The notes under the pieces: generated by a model
Told to the model about the DNA's origin: nothing
The model's database searches: none
Seen by the model: only the letters and a program-made list of their open reading frames with translations
Origin: Thermoplasmatota archaeon
Lineage (GTDB): Archaea; Thermoplasmatota; Penumbrarchaeia; Penumbrarchaeales; Penumbrarchaeaceae
Direction: 5' to 3'
Assembly (NCBI GenBank): GCA_048569615.1
Contig: JBLIRK010000005.1
Location: 2,036 to 66,035 of the forward strand
Length of the DNA: 64,000 bases
Part shown: positions 61,594-64,000 of the stretch, piece after piece
Numbering within the stretch: position 1 is the first letter of the stretch
Layout of the letters: each line of letters opens with the position of its first letter
Made by a program: the position numbers and the translations under genes

Positions 61594-64000
61594 TCAATTG
61601 CCGGGAGGGGCCGGGGGAGGAGGAAGCCGCTGCCTTGCCTGACCTTGCTGAAGCGGGAGCGGAGCAGCCGTCTGCACGGGAGGCATCCTCTGCACGGGTG
61701 GCGGGCTGGGGAGATTGTGAGCCCCGGGTTGCGGGGGTGCAGGCTGCGGGGGCGGCGCCCTCATTTTGAGCACGACCGCTCCCGCACCGGTCAATATCAG
61801 GATGACGGCGGTCCCGATCGCTATTACGAGCGGGAGCATTGCGGTGCTTCTCCTGGCGGCTTCCTCCTTCACCGGATGGGAATCGATATCGGTAGGGTCG
61901 GTGTACTCATCGTCCGCGATGCCGTTGTTTCCGAGGTACTCCTCGAGGTTGGTGAAACCGTCCCCGTCCCGGTCCTGGCCGCTGTCCGAGGTGTTATAGT
62001 CAAGTCCGAAGGTGTATTCCCAGATGTCCGGAATGCCGTCTCCGTCGATATCGGAATCAGGTGTGTAGAGGAATACCTCGGATATCACGGAGGTCCTGTG
62101 GCCGGCGAGGTCTATGACCCGGAGTTCGAAGGAATTCATCCCGGGATGGAACCCATCGGTATCGATCGATGCCTCAAAGGAACCGATCAAGCTCCGGACC
62201 GCCAGCTGGCGGGATCCGGGGCCGTTGATCCACACATGCCCTATCCCCAGGTTGTCGCTTATCGTGATCTCCGCCATCATGGGTTCCCCTATGACGGATG
62301 TTTCGGGCAGGACCATAGAGGCGATGGGATCCTCGGCATCGTAGGGAAGGCTGAAAGAATACCTCGTCTCCCATCCGGCCCTGTCAACGGCAATGATGGT
62401 GAACTGCACGTGCTTGGAGTTCGAGGGGATTAGGGCTGCCTCGATAAGGTAGTTGAACTGTGAGAGCGAAAGTACCCCCGTCATGTCGATGACCTTTGAT
62501 CCCTGGACCTCGACCTGCAGAATATCGATCATGTACGTGTCGTTCACCCATCCATCCAGCACCAGGTCAGTTTCCGGTTTGAGTATCGTGTTCTCCAACC
62601 GCGCCGGGACCTCTATGGTAGGCGGTGTTGTGTCGAGGGAAAATGTGACAACGTCAATACCGAAGTTATCATAGTAGTCTTCCCCGGCGACGACCAAGGT
62701 ATGTGAGCCCTCGATAAGCGCTGCCGTGTTGATATCTATCTCGAACAGGCCGTCCTCGACCTCTGACCTTATGCTCTCCGGCTCCTCATCGTCGATGTAC
62801 ATCTCCAGGTACCTGAATCCCGAGTCGTCCCGGGCGATCCCGCTGATCGTGACGAACCCTCCTCCCCGGAGGAGCGTCCCGCTTTCAGGGGACGTGATCT
62901 CGATGATCGGTGACTGGACCTCCGTGATCTCCAGATCGATGGTATCCTCCCCATGATTTCCACCCCTGTCCCATGCTTTTACGGTGAGTGTGTGTTCCCC
63001 CACGGAGAAGGGTGACATCCCTATCTCGGCCGAGTAATTCCCGTCCGGATCGGGCAAGGGTATCTCGACCGATTCGGAAAATAGGGAATCGAAGTAATAT
63101 TCCACGGTCCTGATCCTGTGGTCATCGGCGCAGGCGACTAGGAGTTCCAGCGTCCCGTTCTGTCTGATCCTCAATTTATCATCGGGCTTCTCAATGGTTA
63201 CGCTGGGAGGTGTCCTGTCCTCGATATTCAGGATACGACCTTCCGAATATTCCCTTTCACCATCCGTGGCACATACCGTGTAAAAGTACTGCCCCGGCCC
63301 CAGGTCAAGGCTGTCAATGACTATGATCCACTCGGCATACGGCGGATCTCCTTGATCCGAGACGTCCAGTGCCTCGAAACTGACATCCGTTTCCGCGATC
63401 GTCGCATTCACGCTCTTTACTCCCCAGGGGCTGAAGGAGGTCCCTGATATCGTGATCCGGTCCCCGTAGGCGAACTCGGCTCCCGATCCCGGCTCCAGGA
63501 TCTCGAGGTCCAGGTAGGAAGAGACCTTGGCCGTGATGTTGACGGTTTTCATGCCTCCGAGGGAGAAATCGTTGGAGATCACGCCGTACCAGATATCATC
63601 CTTCGGCGTCAGGAAGCTCTCCGATCCGCCCGTTACGCCGGTGCTGAGATCGTAACCGTGAAAATCCTCATTTTTGACGAAATGGTCGTAATCCAGCGAT
63701 CCGATCCAGAAGAAGTCCACGTAACCTCCCACATACTGCTCCATGGAGGTCTCCCCCGTAAAGAGGTTAGACCCATGGATCAGTGTGGATTCAACATTGA
63801 AGTCAAGGTCGATCTTGTATCTGTATTCTAGGTCGCTGGGAAGTGCAGCCTCCGAATACTTCAGTTCGGGCAGCCTGTTCGGAAGCTGGAAAGTGGTGGT
63901 GTAGTTCCTGCGGTCCGCGGAGTTTGTGATCACGGTATCCACGGAGCTGCCCGGCGGGTCCTTTCCAGCAGGGCCGCCGTCAGCCTGGGCCCAGAAGTTC
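61594..64000 (-). CDS. Large surface protein, N-terminus beyond the window end: Ig-like/CARDB-like beta-sandwich repeats, an Asp-rich Ca-binding-like stalk, a TM anchor and a Pro-rich cytoplasmic tail
   Basis: The reading frame is open to nt 64000. C-terminal DSDIDGDGIPDIWEY...DSGQDRDGDGFTNLEEYLG is paralogous to the neighbouring gene. TM helix LPLVIAIGTAVILILTGAGAVVL. The tail is PPPQPAPPQP-rich. Confidence 0.55.
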   Translation of the reverse strand, partial: NFWAQADGGPAGKDPPGSSVDTVITNSADRRNYTTTFQLPNRLPELKYSEAALPSDLEYRYKIDLDFNVESTLIHGSNLFTGETSMEQYVGGYVDFFWIGSLDYDHFVKNEDFHGYDLSTGVTGGSESFLTPKDDIWYGVISNDFSLGGMKTVNITAKVSSYLDLEILEPGSGAEFAYGDRITISGTSFSPWGVKSVNATIAETDVSFEALDVSDQGDPPYAEWIIVIDSLDLGPGQYFYTVCATDGEREYSEGRILNIEDRTPPSVTIEKPDDKLRIRQNGTLELLVACADDHRIRTVEYYFDSLFSESVEIPLPDPDGNYSAEIGMSPFSVGEHTLTVKAWDRGGNHGEDTIDLEITEVQSPIIEITSPESGTLLRGGGFVTISGIARDDSGFRYLEMYIDDEEPESIRSEVEDGLFEIDINTAALIEGSHTLVVAGEDYYDNFGIDVVTFSLDTTPPTIEVPARLENTILKPETDLVLDGWVNDTYMIDILQVEVQGSKVIDMTGVLSLSQFNYLIEAALIPSNSKHVQFTIIAVDRAGWETRYSFSLPYDAEDPIASMVLPETSVIGEPMMAEITISDNLGIGHVWINGPGSRQLAVRSLIGSFEASIDTDGFHPGMNSFELRVIDLAGHRTSVISEVFLYTPDSDIDGDGIPDIWEYTFGLDYNTSDSGQDRDGDGFTNLEEYLGNNGIADDEYTDPTDIDSHPVKEEAARRSTAMLPLVIAIGTAVILILTGAGAVVLKMRAPPPQPAPPQPGAHNLPSPPPVQRMPPVQTAAPLPLQQGQARQRLPPPPAPPGN

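Noticed and set aside
1-64000. Mobile elements, integrases, transposases and CRISPR-Cas
   Set aside because: No transposase or integrase motifs (DDE, tyrosine recombinase R-H-R-Y), no terminal inverted repeats and no repeat-spacer arrays were found. No classical defence system was recognised beyond the AddAB-like pair.

Overview
The window is 64 kb of high-GC, gene-dense prokaryotic DNA (about 47 credible CDSs) with no rRNA, tRNA, CRISPR or transposase signal. TATA-like A/T boxes about 30-40 nt upstream of starts, a short archaeal-type Prs, an MptA-type GTP cyclohydrolase and a ferredoxin-fused EtfA suggest an archaeon, but taxon is not assignable from sequence alone. Many adjacent genes share ATGA or TGATG stop/start overlaps, which points to translational coupling.

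Content in order:
- 1-3.4 kb: a housekeeping block on the + strand: 5'-truncated eno, prs, mptA-like and a UspA-like gene.
- 3.5-9.7 kb: an AddB-like Fe-S nuclease followed by an AddA-like UvrD helicase-nuclease.
- 9.9-12.5 kb: a metallophosphoesterase, an orphan C39-like peptidase and a YegS-type lipid kinase.
- 12.6-22 kb and 31.6-38.5 kb: very large membrane-anchored surface proteins, 980, 1550 and 2316 aa. Their domains are FG-GAP, PKD, Kelch, SBBP and FN3. The 2316-aa protein carries a 1.6-kb array of about 22 tandem 75-bp repeats; each repeat encodes 25 aa with an N-x-S/T sequon.
- 23.7-31.6 kb: a region of small genes including an aldo/keto reductase, SemiSWEET, cupin, a PadR-DUF1700-DUF4097 triad and a GNAT.
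- 40.5-54.1 kb: the most unusual feature. A 13.5-kb minus-strand cluster of ten tightly coupled genes runs: double-module FtsX permease with no ATPase, then two PQQ-like propellers, a WD40 propeller and an FG-GAP propeller (each with signal peptide plus C-terminal TM anchor), then a NapH-like membrane polyferredoxin, a single HgdB/BcrC-family subunit, two HgdC/BcrAD-type ATPases that keep their cluster-bridging Cys pairs, and a lipoprotein.
- 54.3-57.9 kb: divergent from that cluster, an acyl-CoA dehydrogenase-EtfB-(ferredoxin-)EtfA operon.
- 58-64 kb: a secreted transglutaminase-like protein and a paralogous, window-truncated surface protein. They share an Asp-rich Ca-binding-like stalk, a TM anchor and a cytoplasmic tail.

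All annotations are from motif recognition by eye; no searches were run.
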